DNA of 64,000 nt from Candidatus Taenariivivens baikalensis (GCA_009691445.1 SICL01000001.1:65738-129737), one strand, 5' to 3'. Counted from the first letter of the stretch, positions 20,318 through 30,679 are shown. Translations and numbers: made by a program. The notes: generated by a model from the sequence alone, not told the origin.

Positions 20318-21648
20318 TGGGAAAGAGCCTCCACATATCGATCCAAATCACCTTTGGTTTTTGTTTCCGTCGCACAAACAAGAAAGTGATTCTTCATTTC
20401 CGGATAAAATTCATCAAGGTTAATTCCGGGAAGAATAAGGTGGCTTTTTAGGATTTCAGAAATCCGCGCAAACGGTTTATCACTTCGCACCACGAACTCA
20501 TTGAAGATCGGTAAATTCACATTCACATGAAAACCTGGTAATTTTGAGATTTCCGCCCGAAGATAATAAGCCCGGTCCAGATTAATTTCTGCCACTTCAC
20601 GGATTCCCAGCGTTCCCATCAAGGTCATATAAACACAAGCGGTCAATGCACACAGCGCCTGATTTGTGCATATGTTCGATGAGGCGCGTTCGCGGCGGAT
20701 ATCCTGCTCTCGAGCTTTGAGTGTGAGCACATACGCGCGGCGGCCTTTACTATCCTGAGTGATTCCCACCAAACGTCCTGGAATTTTTCGCATTAAAGAT
20801 CGGGCGACCGCAAAATAGCCTAAGTACGGACCGCCGTATTGAGTTGTAAGTCCCAGCGGTTGACCTTCTCCGACCGCAACATCCGCTCCCCACTCACCCG
20901 GGGATTTAAATACACTAAGAGAAAGAGGATGAGATGCCATGATAAGCAGGGCTCCAGCTTCATGGAGACTCTCACTGACGCCCATTAGATTTTCAACAAC
21001 GCCAAAAAAATTCGGGGTTTGAAAAATAGCTCCCCCAACTTGAGGATCAAGATGCTTCATGAAATCTTCACGGCTAAACTGACCGTTTTCATCAAAGGCA
21101 AACTCCTGCATAATGTAAGGGGTTCCCTTCAGATAGGTGCGTATCGTCTGGCGATAATGAGGATGCAGAGATGAGGACACAAGAATTTTACTACGGCCTG
21201 TGTGTCGCAAAGCTAATAGAACTGCCTCAGCAACGGCTGTGGCTCCATCATAGTGCGAAGCATTGGCCACATCTAACCCGGTCAACTCCGAGATGAGGCT
21301 TTGATATTCAAAAATCGTCTGCAGAGTTCCTTGAGATGCCTCAGGTTGATAGGGGGTGTAGGCCGTATAAAATTCATTACGGGAAATAATCTGCGCCACT
21401 GCCGAAGGAATAAAATGGTCATAGCTTCCCCCACCTAAAAAAGAAAGTAGATCACTTTGACTTTGATTGAGCCCCAAACGTTCCTTCAAAAGATTTTGAA
21501 CTTCAAACTCGCTTAAACCCGCAGGAATATCCAGCTTGGGATGCCGCAATACAGAGGGTATACCTTGCAACAGGTCATTAAAGCCGGAAACGCCAATTTC
21601 TTTCAGCATCTCGTCTTTATCCGCGTCCGTTAGGGGATGAAAATGCAT
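20311..21648 (-). CDS. gcvPA: Glycine dehydrogenase subunit 1
   Basis: EFYTAYTPYQPEASQGTLQ, REQDIRRERASSNICTNQ. Confidence 0.98.
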   Translation of the reverse strand: MHFHPLTDADKDEMLKEIGVSGFNDLLQGIPSVLRHPKLDIPAGLSEFEVQNLLKERLGLNQSQSDLLSFLGGGSYDHFIPSAVAQIISRNEFYTAYTPYQPEASQGTLQTIFEYQSLISELTGLDVANASHYDGATAVAEAVLLALRHTGRSKILVSSSLHPHYRQTIRTYLKGTPYIMQEFAFDENGQFSREDFMKHLDPQVGGAIFQTPNFFGVVENLMGVSESLHEAGALLIMASHPLSLSVFKSPGEWGADVAVGEGQPLGLTTQYGGPYLGYFAVARSLMRKIPGRLVGITQDSKGRRAYVLTLKAREQDIRRERASSNICTNQALCALTACVYMTLMGTLGIREVAEINLDRAYYLRAEISKLPGFHVNVNLPIFNEFVVRSDKPFARISEILKSHLILPGINLDEFYPEMKNHFLVCATETKTKGDLDRYVEALSQC

Positions 21649-21664
21649 AAGGTGCTCCGCCCGT

Positions 21665-22060
21665 TCAATGCTTTGTAGATTCTTGTTTTAAATGATCGGA
21701 ATACTGGTCTGCGGAAAGCAACTGATTCCAATCATCGTCATAAGACATATCAATTTCAAAAAACCAACCCTTGCCGTAGCACTCTTCATTGATAATTCCA
21801 GGGGCGCTTTCTAGACTCTGATTCACTTTAGAAACTTTTCCAGATACGGGGGCATAAATATCAAAGGCTGCTTTTACCGATTCGACGACTGCGGCAGGTT
21901 TTCCCCGCTCGATTTGCTGTCCCAATTTTGGTGTCTCGACAAAAACAACATCGGAAATTTCTTTTTGGGCATATTCTGTGATACCAACAATGACAATATT
22001 TCCCTCACGCTTCGCCCATTCATGCGTTTTTGTGTATTTTAAATCTTGCGGAATATTCAT
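21665..22060 (-). CDS. gcvH: Glycine cleavage system H protein
   Basis: YTKTHEW, lipoyl-lysine motif VESVKAA. Confidence 0.98.
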   Translation of the reverse strand: MNIPQDLKYTKTHEWAKREGNIVIVGITEYAQKEISDVVFVETPKLGQQIERGKPAAVVESVKAAFDIYAPVSGKVSKVNQSLESAPGIINEECYGKGWFFEIDMSYDDDWNQLLSADQYSDHLKQESTKH

Positions 22061-22073
22061 AAAACTCCCAGCG

Positions 22074-23171
22074 TTATTCAGACTTCTTACGATGATAAAA
22101 TGGAATTGGAATTATTTTTGCTTTCTGCGGTCTATCACGAACCAGAATTTCAATTTCTTCATTAATCGCTGAAGATTCGATAGGGACATACCCGAGTCCA
22201 ATATTTTTTTGAAGCGTAGGAGAAACACCACCGCTTGTGACTTCCCCGGTTTTTTTTCCAGATTTTAAAATCGGATAACCTTGGCGCGGAATGCCACGGT
22301 CCATCATTTCAAATCCAATCAACTTCCGGGTGATTCCCTGCTCTTTTATTTTCAAAAGGATATCTCGCGCTACAAACTCAGTTTTAGTGAAATCAAGCGT
22401 CCATCCAATCCCGGCTTCAAGAGGATTAACTTCTTCATTCATATCATGACCATAAAGGAGCATAGCAGCCTCAAGGCGAAGAGTATCCCGAGCTCCAAAC
22501 CCTATCGGCTTCAAATCGGGATTCTGAAAACATCGGTCCCAAAGATGATTCAGCTCGGACTTATCAATCATAATTTCAAAACCATCCTCACCCGTATAGC
22601 CTGTTCGGGCAATCATTCCACCTTCAATCTCAATAAATCCATAATTAGAAAGCTGGGACAACTTTAGAGATGGGTATAATTGGTTAACCACTTGAAGCGC
22701 AAGAGGACCCTGAATCGCCAAAAGACCTTTGTTGTCGCTTTCGTTTGTTAAAAGCACATCCCCTGACAGGTTTGTTTTAAACCAAGCAAAGTCCTTCGCG
22801 ACATTACCCGCATTGACAATGATCCAAAAACGCTCGCTAGAAACTTTGTACACAATAATGTCATCAACAAATCCCCCGCGCTCATTTAAGAGGGGTGAAT
22901 ACAATGCTTTTCCAAGTGGGAGCTTCTTGATATTTCTGGGTAAAAGAAAATCAAGATAGGATTCAGCCCCCTTACCTGTAACAACGAACTCACCCATATG
23001 AGAAATATCAAAAAGTCCCGCCCTTTTCCGGACTTGTTCATGCTCCTCAAGAATACTGGTGTAGTAGAGAGGCACTTCCCACTCGCCAAAGACCCCGAAA
23101 CGCGCACCACGCTCCTCGTGCTTTTTATGAAGATACAAGGGGTATGTTTTTTCCGTCATTTGGGTGCTCAC
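22074..23171 (-). CDS. gcvT: Glycine cleavage system aminomethyltransferase T
   Basis: GLFDISHMG, ARTGYTGEDGFE, GFGARDTLRLEA. Confidence 0.98.
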   Translation of the reverse strand: MSTQMTEKTYPLYLHKKHEERGARFGVFGEWEVPLYYTSILEEHEQVRKRAGLFDISHMGEFVVTGKGAESYLDFLLPRNIKKLPLGKALYSPLLNERGGFVDDIIVYKVSSERFWIIVNAGNVAKDFAWFKTNLSGDVLLTNESDNKGLLAIQGPLALQVVNQLYPSLKLSQLSNYGFIEIEGGMIARTGYTGEDGFEIMIDKSELNHLWDRCFQNPDLKPIGFGARDTLRLEAAMLLYGHDMNEEVNPLEAGIGWTLDFTKTEFVARDILLKIKEQGITRKLIGFEMMDRGIPRQGYPILKSGKKTGEVTSGGVSPTLQKNIGLGYVPIESSAINEEIEILVRDRPQKAKIIPIPFYHRKKSE

Positions 23172-23180
23172 GAGGGCTAC

Positions 23181-23208
23181 ATTATAGGGATGAAGGTCGA
23201 AAATTCAA
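23181..23208 (-). promoter_or_regulatory. Probable sigma70 promoter of the gcv operon
   Basis: Minus strand TTGAAT (23208-23203), 16 bp, TATAAT (23186-23181); 9 nt before gcvT GTG. Confidence 0.55.
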
Positions 23209-23224
23209 TCGAAATAGGGCGGTA

Positions 23225-24475
23225 TTAAAAGTAAGCAAGAAACCAATCACGAGCAGAGACCACTATGCGTTTAAGAAAACCATTTGTCTGCATCATCTGC
23301 TTTTGCTCCTGATGCGAAGTGGCAATCCAGCGAAACATTCCCAGAGCATGTGTCATAGAAGGATCCACCAGAAGCTCGGTGGGTGCATCAACATGCTTGG
23401 TGAGGCCTATCCGGGCCACAAGAGAAAAATGCTTATAAAGGAACTCAATAAAGCCATCAATACTGGCGCCGCCTCCCGTAAAAATAAAGTGGGGGTAGTG
23501 TGAACCCTGCGCCTGAATAAAAACATTAACTTGGCCCAACAAGCCTGTGAGCCATTCCACGGCTATTTCCGAAAAAAGAGATTGAAACTCGGAGCGCTTG
23601 ATCTGGCGACTCTCTCTTCCATCGCGATTAATCAGCGGAATCAATTCATCCCGATTATCCGGAGGGACAAAAGCCGCATAGTTTTTTTTGAGTCTCTCAG
23701 CATCAAAGAGATCAATCCCTAAGCGTTCGGATAGCCGGGTATCAATTTGCTTTCCTCCAAAATCCAACATTCCACTGCTCATCACCGCTCCGTCCTTCCA
23801 AAAGAAAACCTCCGTATTTTCCGAAGTCATGTCCAGCACGAGGGCGCCCTGTGTTTTTTCAACATCCGATAGAACGGCCTGAGAAATGGTCAATCCCTTA
23901 GGGATATACCCCGTTACCTCAAGATCGCTGGAGTCAAAAACTTTCGAAAGATTTTTAAACTCCTGAAAATTCATTGTGAATATTTTTAGATTAACGCCCA
24001 ATCGCCGGGCCTCGAGGCCCATGGGATTACGCACACCCGAAACATCATCAACCATAAAGTTGTCGGGAAGTGTTTGGAGCACAAATTCCGAGAGAGGGAG
24101 GGTCGCAACGGTTCGTGTCTGCTGAATGACCGAGTGGATTTCGTCGCTGGTAATCAGGCGGATATCACCCTGATAATACTGAGAACTTTGAAATGAATAC
24201 TGGCGCAGCTTAAGATTTCCCAAGACGATCCAGGCTGCTATGATTGCCGAAGCATTATCAGGGAATAATTCTTTGAGCATTCCTTGGAGCGTTTTCGTCG
24301 CATCTCCCAGTTGACTGACTAAGCCCTGCTGAAAACCTTGAGGAATCTCCTTCTTGACATAGCGATTCACTCTGACATCCGTACCCTGGACGATCCCTTC
24401 CAGAACAATAAGATGCCGCATCCCCAGATAAACAACAACCTCAGATTCAACCTGCAAATGCCGTCCCATGATCAA
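23225..24475 (-). CDS. ftsA: Cell division protein FtsA, divergent
   Basis: Follows ftsQ; VRNPMGLEARRL, AERLKKNY, FTGGGASIDG, amphipathic C-terminus; phosphate motifs degenerate. Confidence 0.85.
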   Translation of the reverse strand: MIMGRHLQVESEVVVYLGMRHLIVLEGIVQGTDVRVNRYVKKEIPQGFQQGLVSQLGDATKTLQGMLKELFPDNASAIIAAWIVLGNLKLRQYSFQSSQYYQGDIRLITSDEIHSVIQQTRTVATLPLSEFVLQTLPDNFMVDDVSGVRNPMGLEARRLGVNLKIFTMNFQEFKNLSKVFDSSDLEVTGYIPKGLTISQAVLSDVEKTQGALVLDMTSENTEVFFWKDGAVMSSGMLDFGGKQIDTRLSERLGIDLFDAERLKKNYAAFVPPDNRDELIPLINRDGRESRQIKRSEFQSLFSEIAVEWLTGLLGQVNVFIQAQGSHYPHFIFTGGGASIDGFIEFLYKHFSLVARIGLTKHVDAPTELLVDPSMTHALGMFRWIATSHQEQKQMMQTNGFLKRIVVSARDWFLAYF

Positions 24476-25275
24476 CCTTTCTTTTTAACAATGACATTTT
24501 CATATTGCAAATCAATGTAGGAAATTTTAGCACTTTCCTTATCCTCCAAAAGATGCGTCACCTTGTGAAGGGCAGAAATGCGAGAAGCGGGATGACGCCC
24601 GAGTTTAATTTCAGGACTATTTTGCAGAATCAAGTTCACATTTCCCTGAGCATCAAAAAGCAATTTTTGAACAGGGTACTTTTGAGCTAATGAAGACTCT
24701 GAATAAACACGCAAAAACTCCATGCATTCACGAAACCCTTTGTGGTGCAAACGCTGCCCCACACGAAGGTCAGCAGAATCGATAAACATGGCTTCGATAA
24801 GGACAAACGCTGGCGCTAACTCAGACATCACACGAAGAATCATTCCGTCTTCGGCAACAACACCATATTTTCCTCGGGCAGAAAACTTGATAAGCGCTGC
24901 AGGTATTCGCTTCTCAATATTCAAGGCCAAAGTGGAAGGAAAATGCCTCTCTACCGCTACGTTCTTAATCTCTGGATTTTTTTCCAAAATCTGTGATAAA
25001 TCATGAAGATTAATTTCAAGGATATGTCTACCGATGAATTTATTTTCCAATGCTGTTCTCTCGGCGACAGGCAAAGAAAGCGGGGGCTGAACCGTCAGAT
25101 ATTTCACTTCAAAAAAAGTATCCGCGTAGAGTGCTTTCCGCAGACCAAAGAAAATCCCGAGTCCAGCCACGAGAACGAGAAAAGGTGGGAAAAGAGAAAT
25201 AATTAAACGTCCAAAATACGAAAAGTATCCCAGAGCGTTATTTTTCTTTCTACTTCGTTTTGACTTTTTTGACAC
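24472..25275 (-). CDS. ftsQ: Cell division protein FtsQ/DivIB
   Basis: Basic N-tail, single TM, POTRA-like VERHFPSTL, YIDLQY; lies between ddl and ftsA. Confidence 0.85.
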   Translation of the reverse strand: MSKKSKRSRKKNNALGYFSYFGRLIISLFPPFLVLVAGLGIFFGLRKALYADTFFEVKYLTVQPPLSLPVAERTALENKFIGRHILEINLHDLSQILEKNPEIKNVAVERHFPSTLALNIEKRIPAALIKFSARGKYGVVAEDGMILRVMSELAPAFVLIEAMFIDSADLRVGQRLHHKGFRECMEFLRVYSESSLAQKYPVQKLLFDAQGNVNLILQNSPEIKLGRHPASRISALHKVTHLLEDKESAKISYIDLQYENVIVKKKG

Positions 25276-26206
25276 GGTGACTCGTTAAAGGTTTTCGTCG
25301 GATGGCCAACGAAACAAGGCGACAACACAAAGCTTCAAAAGATAAACCGCATGCTTTCGCAGCTTTAGGCAACAGACTAAATTCAGTAAATCCTGGTATA
25401 GAATTAGCTTCGAGCACAAATGGATTTCCAGCTCGATCCACCTTGAGATCAATTCGAGATAGGTCCCGAAGGCCTAAAGCTTTATGCGTCCTTGTGGCAA
25501 TGTTTTGCAACTTGCGGGCAAAAGATACCGATATTTCTGCTGGTACAATATAATCGGTCATTCCTGAGGTATATTTAGCCTTAAAGTCATAAAAAAGCGA
25601 CTTAGGTCGAAGTTCCACAACCGGCAATGCTTTCTGGCCGAGAATTCCAACCGTATATTCAGCCCCTTCCAAGGTACGTTCGGCCATAAGCTCGCCATAG
25701 ACTTGCAGACGGGCCTTGATTTTTTTGAGCGTTGACGGACTAAGGATTGACACGGAAAGAATGCCAATACTGGATCCTTCTCGAGGCGGTTTAATGAAAC
25801 ACGGGCATCCAAATTTTTTAAGCGCTTCCTGCCAGCGGGAACCTCGTTGAAGAATAATAAAAGGCGCCGTTGGGATCCGACGCTGAATCAATATGCGTTT
25901 TGTTTTAATTTTGTCATAAGCAAGTCGACTGGAATTAGCGCCGGAGCCCACATACGGCTTTCCCCGCTTCTCCAGCCATTCTTGGATGGTGCCGTCTTCC
26001 CCACCGGCACCGTGTAAAGTTAAAAACGCAATATCAATAGAATTTACGAGCCGACTGACCTGCGCGGGTTTCGCGGGATCAAGTTCAGAAACGCAGTAAC
26101 CTGAACGTTTCAATGCCTGAATCACAGCGTGGCCTGAGCGTTTTGAAATTACGCGCTCTGATGAGGTTCCGCCGCAAAAAACGCCGATGCGATGTGATTT
26201 AGACAA
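25250..26206 (-). CDS. ddl: D-alanine--D-alanine ligase
   Basis: GGTSSERVIS, LHGAGGEDG, EGSSIG, FYDFKAKY, EANSIPG; probable TTG start 26206 (ORF extends to 26251). Confidence 0.96.
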   Translation of the reverse strand: MSKSHRIGVFCGGTSSERVISKRSGHAVIQALKRSGYCVSELDPAKPAQVSRLVNSIDIAFLTLHGAGGEDGTIQEWLEKRGKPYVGSGANSSRLAYDKIKTKRILIQRRIPTAPFIILQRGSRWQEALKKFGCPCFIKPPREGSSIGILSVSILSPSTLKKIKARLQVYGELMAERTLEGAEYTVGILGQKALPVVELRPKSLFYDFKAKYTSGMTDYIVPAEISVSFARKLQNIATRTHKALGLRDLSRIDLKVDRAGNPFVLEANSIPGFTEFSLLPKAAKACGLSFEALCCRLVSLAIRRKPLTSHRVKKVKTK

Positions 26207-27101
26207 AGATAACTTCGGTTTCGAGGGCAAATCCAGTCCCATCAAAAACAACCTTTTTCACTTGATGAATCAATTCAACAAAATCAGAACTTTTTGCACG
26301 ACCCAAATTAACCATATAATTCGCATGTGCCGGTGAGATCATAGCATCCCCAATCCGCATCCCTTTCAACCCAAACTGATCGATTAACTTCCCCGCAGAA
26401 ACACCAGGAGTCGGATTTTTAAAAATAGATCCGGAGCTGGGGTACCGTACGTCCTGTTCCTGGGTACGATAATCAAAATTGGCCCGAATCTCCCTATCGA
26501 TATCCTCATTGCGACCGTGCCACAAACGAAAAGAAGCCGAGAGAATAATTTTCCCTTTAAGACTAGATTGGCGGTACGAAAAGGACAACTCGTTTTTCTG
26601 GAGGGTTTGTTTTTTTCCATCCTCGCTAATAATCGTCACGTCATTAACAATATCCCCAATTTCATTCGGCTGCCCCGGATGACGGCTAAATCCAGCATTC
26701 ATCGCCAGAGCTCCGCCCACCGACCCTGGAATAGTCGATAGAAACTCAACGCCACCGAGGTTCCGATCCCGGCATGCGGTCGCAAGCCGGGATAGCTGAG
26801 TGCCTGCCGAGCAATGGACGATAGGAAAATCTGGATCAAATAGAATATTCCCATTCTGAAAACGATTCATGGAGATAACGACGCCCTGATATCCGGCATC
26901 TGGGAAAATAAGGTTTGAACCGCGGCCTAAAAGTATGTAGGGCAGTTTTTCACTCTTTGCAAAATGGACAGCTTCAAAAACATCATCCTCGGTCAAAGGC
27001 TCAATAAAATATGCAGCCGGCCCTCCCACGTGCATCGTTGTGCAGCGGGAAAGATCAACCTTACGCCGTAACAGTGGTTTTGTGTCTGTCCGAAAACTCA
27101 T
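26199..27101 (-). CDS. murB: UDP-N-acetylenolpyruvoylglucosamine reductase
   Basis: VGGPA, LGRGSN, IPGSVGGALAMNAG, SGSIFKNP, LETEV. Confidence 0.96.
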   Translation of the reverse strand: MSFRTDTKPLLRRKVDLSRCTTMHVGGPAAYFIEPLTEDDVFEAVHFAKSEKLPYILLGRGSNLIFPDAGYQGVVISMNRFQNGNILFDPDFPIVHCSAGTQLSRLATACRDRNLGGVEFLSTIPGSVGGALAMNAGFSRHPGQPNEIGDIVNDVTIISEDGKKQTLQKNELSFSYRQSSLKGKIILSASFRLWHGRNEDIDREIRANFDYRTQEQDVRYPSSGSIFKNPTPGVSAGKLIDQFGLKGMRIGDAMISPAHANYMVNLGRAKSSDFVELIHQVKKVVFDGTGFALETEVIFV

Positions 27102-28470
27102 TGGCAAGATCTCCGATATCACCCGCTCCCAGAAAGGCGACAACTCCGGAAAGATTTAGGCGAGATGATAAATATAAAGAAACTTTTTCTTTAGCGATAA
27201 AATGAACCGAGGGATGACCGAGCCTTATCAATTCATCGTGAATCTTCTGAGTTGAAATATGAGTTTCATTATTTTCACCGGCCCCATAAATGTCCGTCAG
27301 AATCAGATCATCCGTATCACGAAGAGCATGGGCGAATTCTTTGAAAAAACGCTGCGTTCTTGTGTATCGGTGCGGCTGAAAAATGACCGTCAGCTTACGG
27401 TTGTAAACCCTCAACGCCTTAATTGAAGCCAGCACCTTGGTTGGATTATGTGCGTAATCATTGATAATCATCAAATGATCAGATTGATATTTTACTTCCA
27501 ATCGCCTCGTCGCTCCGTGAAAGCGTGACAGAGACTCGGAAATACTATCCAGATCAAGGCCTAAATAGTGAAGAAGGGCAATGGAAGCAAGGGCATTGGA
27601 TACATTATGAAGACCAATCAGGCACAGCCGAAACTCGGTAGAAAAGACGCCGCATACATACAAATCAAAAATTGTGCCGCTAGGGGCAAGCCTAATATTT
27701 TGTGCGGAAAAATTCGCGGCAGAAGAAAATCCGAAACTCAGATGAGGCTTACCCGATTTCAAGGACAAATTCTTAAGATCAGGATCATCCTCGGAATAAA
27801 CAACAAGCCCAGGATCATGCAGATTCTGCAGAAATCGCTGAAATGAATCCTGCAAATCCTGAGTTCCTGTGTAATGGTCCACGTGATCTTCTTCAAGATT
27901 TGTAACGATCGCATAATTTGGTGCGAAAAGTTCGTGAGTTTTATCACTCTCATCGACTTCAGACACGTAAATCCCAGAGTGCCCCAGCAATGCATTGGTT
28001 CCAAAATCCACCAGATCTCCACCGATCAGGCAAGTGGGATCTTTTCCCCGATCATGTAAAACGAAGGAAACCATTGCGGATGTTGTGGTTTTGCCATGAG
28101 TTCCTGTTATCGCAACCGAAATGTTGGCTGAATTAAAAAAAGAAGAAAGGACGGCAGCCCTGTGAAATATATTCCGTCCAAACTGTTTGGCGGCGGCAAA
28201 CTCCACATGATTTTCATGAATCGCGGAAGAATAGACGACCAAATCAACGGCCGGATCAAAATGCGGCTCTTCTTGGCCAATATAGACCGAAATCCCCAAA
28301 TCTAAAAGTTGACGTGTCGCTAGGGTTTCCTTCAGATCAGATCCGGAAACTTTAACTCCGTTGTGGTGGAGTAATTTCGCCAGAGCACTCATCCCCGCCC
28401 CGCCGATTCCAATGAAATAGGCACTTCTCGCGTTTTGAATCTGGTGATTATCACTCAACCTATTGATCAT
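27061..28470 (-). CDS. murC: UDP-N-acetylmuramate--L-alanine ligase
   Basis: FIGIGGAGMSALA, GTHGKTTT, EVDESD, FQPHRYTRT. Confidence 0.97.
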   Translation of the reverse strand: MINRLSDNHQIQNARSAYFIGIGGAGMSALAKLLHHNGVKVSGSDLKETLATRQLLDLGISVYIGQEEPHFDPAVDLVVYSSAIHENHVEFAAAKQFGRNIFHRAAVLSSFFNSANISVAITGTHGKTTTSAMVSFVLHDRGKDPTCLIGGDLVDFGTNALLGHSGIYVSEVDESDKTHELFAPNYAIVTNLEEDHVDHYTGTQDLQDSFQRFLQNLHDPGLVVYSEDDPDLKNLSLKSGKPHLSFGFSSAANFSAQNIRLAPSGTIFDLYVCGVFSTEFRLCLIGLHNVSNALASIALLHYLGLDLDSISESLSRFHGATRRLEVKYQSDHLMIINDYAHNPTKVLASIKALRVYNRKLTVIFQPHRYTRTQRFFKEFAHALRDTDDLILTDIYGAGENNETHISTQKIHDELIRLGHPSVHFIAKEKVSLYLSSRLNLSGVVAFLGAGDIGDLANEFSDRHKTTVTA

Positions 28471-29569
28471 ATTTGAATCCTGCTAATTGTCTCGCTAACT
28501 TAACAAGCCCACAACCCGCGTCCGGCATTGCCAAACTTCGCATTTTATCGGCCATTGGTTCTAAGGCGGAAAATGATCGCATTAGTAAACGTATCTTTTC
28601 TAAAACTAGACCGGGGACTAAATCTCTTTCTTGCGCGCACCAAGCTGCGCTGCGATTTTCAAAGAAACGCGCATTCAAGAGTTGATGCCCTCCCGCATAA
28701 GGATAAGGAATCAAAAGTGCTGGAATCCCAAAATAAGAAAGTTCGAAAAGTGTATTCGCACCTGCGCGTGATATTGCAAAATCTGTATTTAAAAAAATCT
28801 CATCCATTCTATCAAAAAAAGAAAACACTTGTGCTCGTATTTTTACTTTTTCATACGCGCACCGCACTTCGTTCCAATCTTGTTTCCCTGCGATATGATT
28901 AACGACAAGCTTATCCTTTTCTTCATCCGATAATTCAGAAAGAGCTTGCACGACAGTCTTATTAATCCAATGTGCTCCCTGGGATCCGCCCATTACGAGC
29001 AACCGCAAGCAATGAGGATCAGTCGTCATCACTTTAGAGCGCCACCCGCCTGTCTGAAGAATATGAGTTTTAAGCGGAAGACCGACATGAAACACTTTTG
29101 ATGCCGGAATATTTGGAAATGTATCGGGAAACGAGGTGGCAATTATATCTGCATGCGGAACAAGCCAGGAAGTAGCGCGGCCTGGACGGGCATTCTGTTC
29201 GTGAATAAGCGTAGGTATTTTTCTTCGATGCGCTAGAACAATTCCGGGGTACGACACGTAGCTTCCAAACCCAATGCAGACATCGGGTTTCATTTGATTC
29301 AGTATCCGGGAAGTTCGTGAAAAAGCATCGAAAAGCTTTTTCGTAAATAAAAACCAAGATAAGGAAATCCCGGAAGGAGATGGGAAAGATGGAAGAAAGT
29401 GAGTTGTTTCAAATAAATCTGTGAATTTCCCTTGAAGAAAGGGGCGTGCCTTTTCGCTCGTAATCAGAGTAATACGGCTTTGAGGGAAACTCAGCTTGAG
29501 ATTTTCACTAAATCCAATGCAGGGAAAAAGATGACCTCCGGTATGCCCCGAAAGAACTAGAACGTTCAA
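28460..29569 (-). CDS. murG: Lipid II GlcNAc transferase
   Basis: GHTGGHLFP, HEQNARPG, MGGSQGA, SRAGANT, HQLLNA. Confidence 0.96.
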   Translation of the reverse strand: MNVLVLSGHTGGHLFPCIGFSENLKLSFPQSRITLITSEKARPFLQGKFTDLFETTHFLPSFPSPSGISLSWFLFTKKLFDAFSRTSRILNQMKPDVCIGFGSYVSYPGIVLAHRRKIPTLIHEQNARPGRATSWLVPHADIIATSFPDTFPNIPASKVFHVGLPLKTHILQTGGWRSKVMTTDPHCLRLLVMGGSQGAHWINKTVVQALSELSDEEKDKLVVNHIAGKQDWNEVRCAYEKVKIRAQVFSFFDRMDEIFLNTDFAISRAGANTLFELSYFGIPALLIPYPYAGGHQLLNARFFENRSAAWCAQERDLVPGLVLEKIRLLMRSFSALEPMADKMRSLAMPDAGCGLVKLARQLAGFKYDQ

Positions 29570-29572
29570 TGA

Positions 29573-30679
29573 TCACCTGCTGCGATGGAGATGCTTTTCC
29601 GCACTCATAATCAGCCCCAAAGCCATAAAATTAAAAAGAAGTGAAGTCCCACCGAAGCTCACGAATGGAAGTGGAAGACCTTTCGTTGGAACCAGCCCTG
29701 TCGTGACTAGCATGTGAATGATGGCCTGAAGGACAATCATCAACGTTAAGGCTATAATTAAAAGACGTTGAAAAGAATCGGAAGCTTTCTTGGCAAGTTC
29801 CAGTCCCGATAAAAAAATCGTCACATAAAGAGCCATCACGGCGAGGACACCGACTATTCCCAATTCTTCAGCAATGATCGAGAAAATAAAATCGTTATAA
29901 CTCGACGGGAGATAAAAAAGTTTCTGCATGCTTTGCCCCAACCCTACTCCTTTGAGGGAACCAAGCCCAAAGGCTAAAAACGATTGGATGATTTGAAACC
30001 CATTTCCTTGCGGGTCATTCCAGGGATTGAGATACGCACTGAGACGGCTCAACCGGTACGGAACCCTGACCACCAACATGTAAAAAATGGGAATCACCAC
30101 CGAGGCAGCAACACCCACATACCACATTCTGAGCCCTGCTAAAAAAATTAGCGATGCAACAATAAGAAAGATAAAAGCCGTTGACCCTAAATCAGGTTGA
30201 AGAAGTGTTAAGACACACGTAATCCCCACTAAAACAAGCGGTGGAAAAAAAACCTTCAGACTGCCCTCATAAATCATCTTGCGCTTCCGAGTTAAGTAGT
30301 CAGCAAGATAAATACAAACCGCGATTTTGGCAAACTCTGCAGGCTGAAATTTAATCATCCCGAGATTGATCCATCTCTTTGCTCCGCCTGCGGTGTGTCC
30401 AATATGCGGAATAAAAACAAGAAATAAAAATCCGATGGAAAACAACATGAGAGCAAGAGCATGCCGTTTCCAAAATTGCAGCGGGACCGCTGCGGTCACG
30501 AACATCAGACCCGAACCTAAAAGGGCGTACAAGATTTGCCGGACTAGAAAGTGCTGGGGGTTCTGGTAGAGGTAATCTGCATAAACAGCGCTCGTGCTGT
30601 AGGTCATCACAATCCCCAGACCAACGAGCAGATAGATACAGGTAAAAAGAACTTTGACCGGATTCCATCGCAGCTTCAT
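29573..30679 (-). CDS. ftsW: SEDS peptidoglycan polymerase FtsW
   Basis: GAKRWI, QPAEFAK, QPDLGS, DFIFSIIAEELG, LPFVSFGGTS. Confidence 0.96.
   Translation of the reverse strand: MKLRWNPVKVLFTCIYLLVGLGIVMTYSTSAVYADYLYQNPQHFLVRQILYALLGSGLMFVTAAVPLQFWKRHALALMLFSIGFLFLVFIPHIGHTAGGAKRWINLGMIKFQPAEFAKIAVCIYLADYLTRKRKMIYEGSLKVFFPPLVLVGITCVLTLLQPDLGSTAFIFLIVASLIFLAGLRMWYVGVAASVVIPIFYMLVVRVPYRLSRLSAYLNPWNDPQGNGFQIIQSFLAFGLGSLKGVGLGQSMQKLFYLPSSYNDFIFSIIAEELGIVGVLAVMALYVTIFLSGLELAKKASDSFQRLLIIALTLMIVLQAIIHMLVTTGLVPTKGLPLPFVSFGGTSLLFNFMALGLIMSAEKHLHRSR

Noticed and set aside
25570-25600. Phe in the Ddl omega loop (FYDFKAKY) suggesting a D-Ala-D-Lac ligase
   Set aside because: The specificity residue is the aromatic after the Lys (E. 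coli DdlB Y216), which is Tyr here, so this is an ordinary D-Ala-D-Ala ligase.
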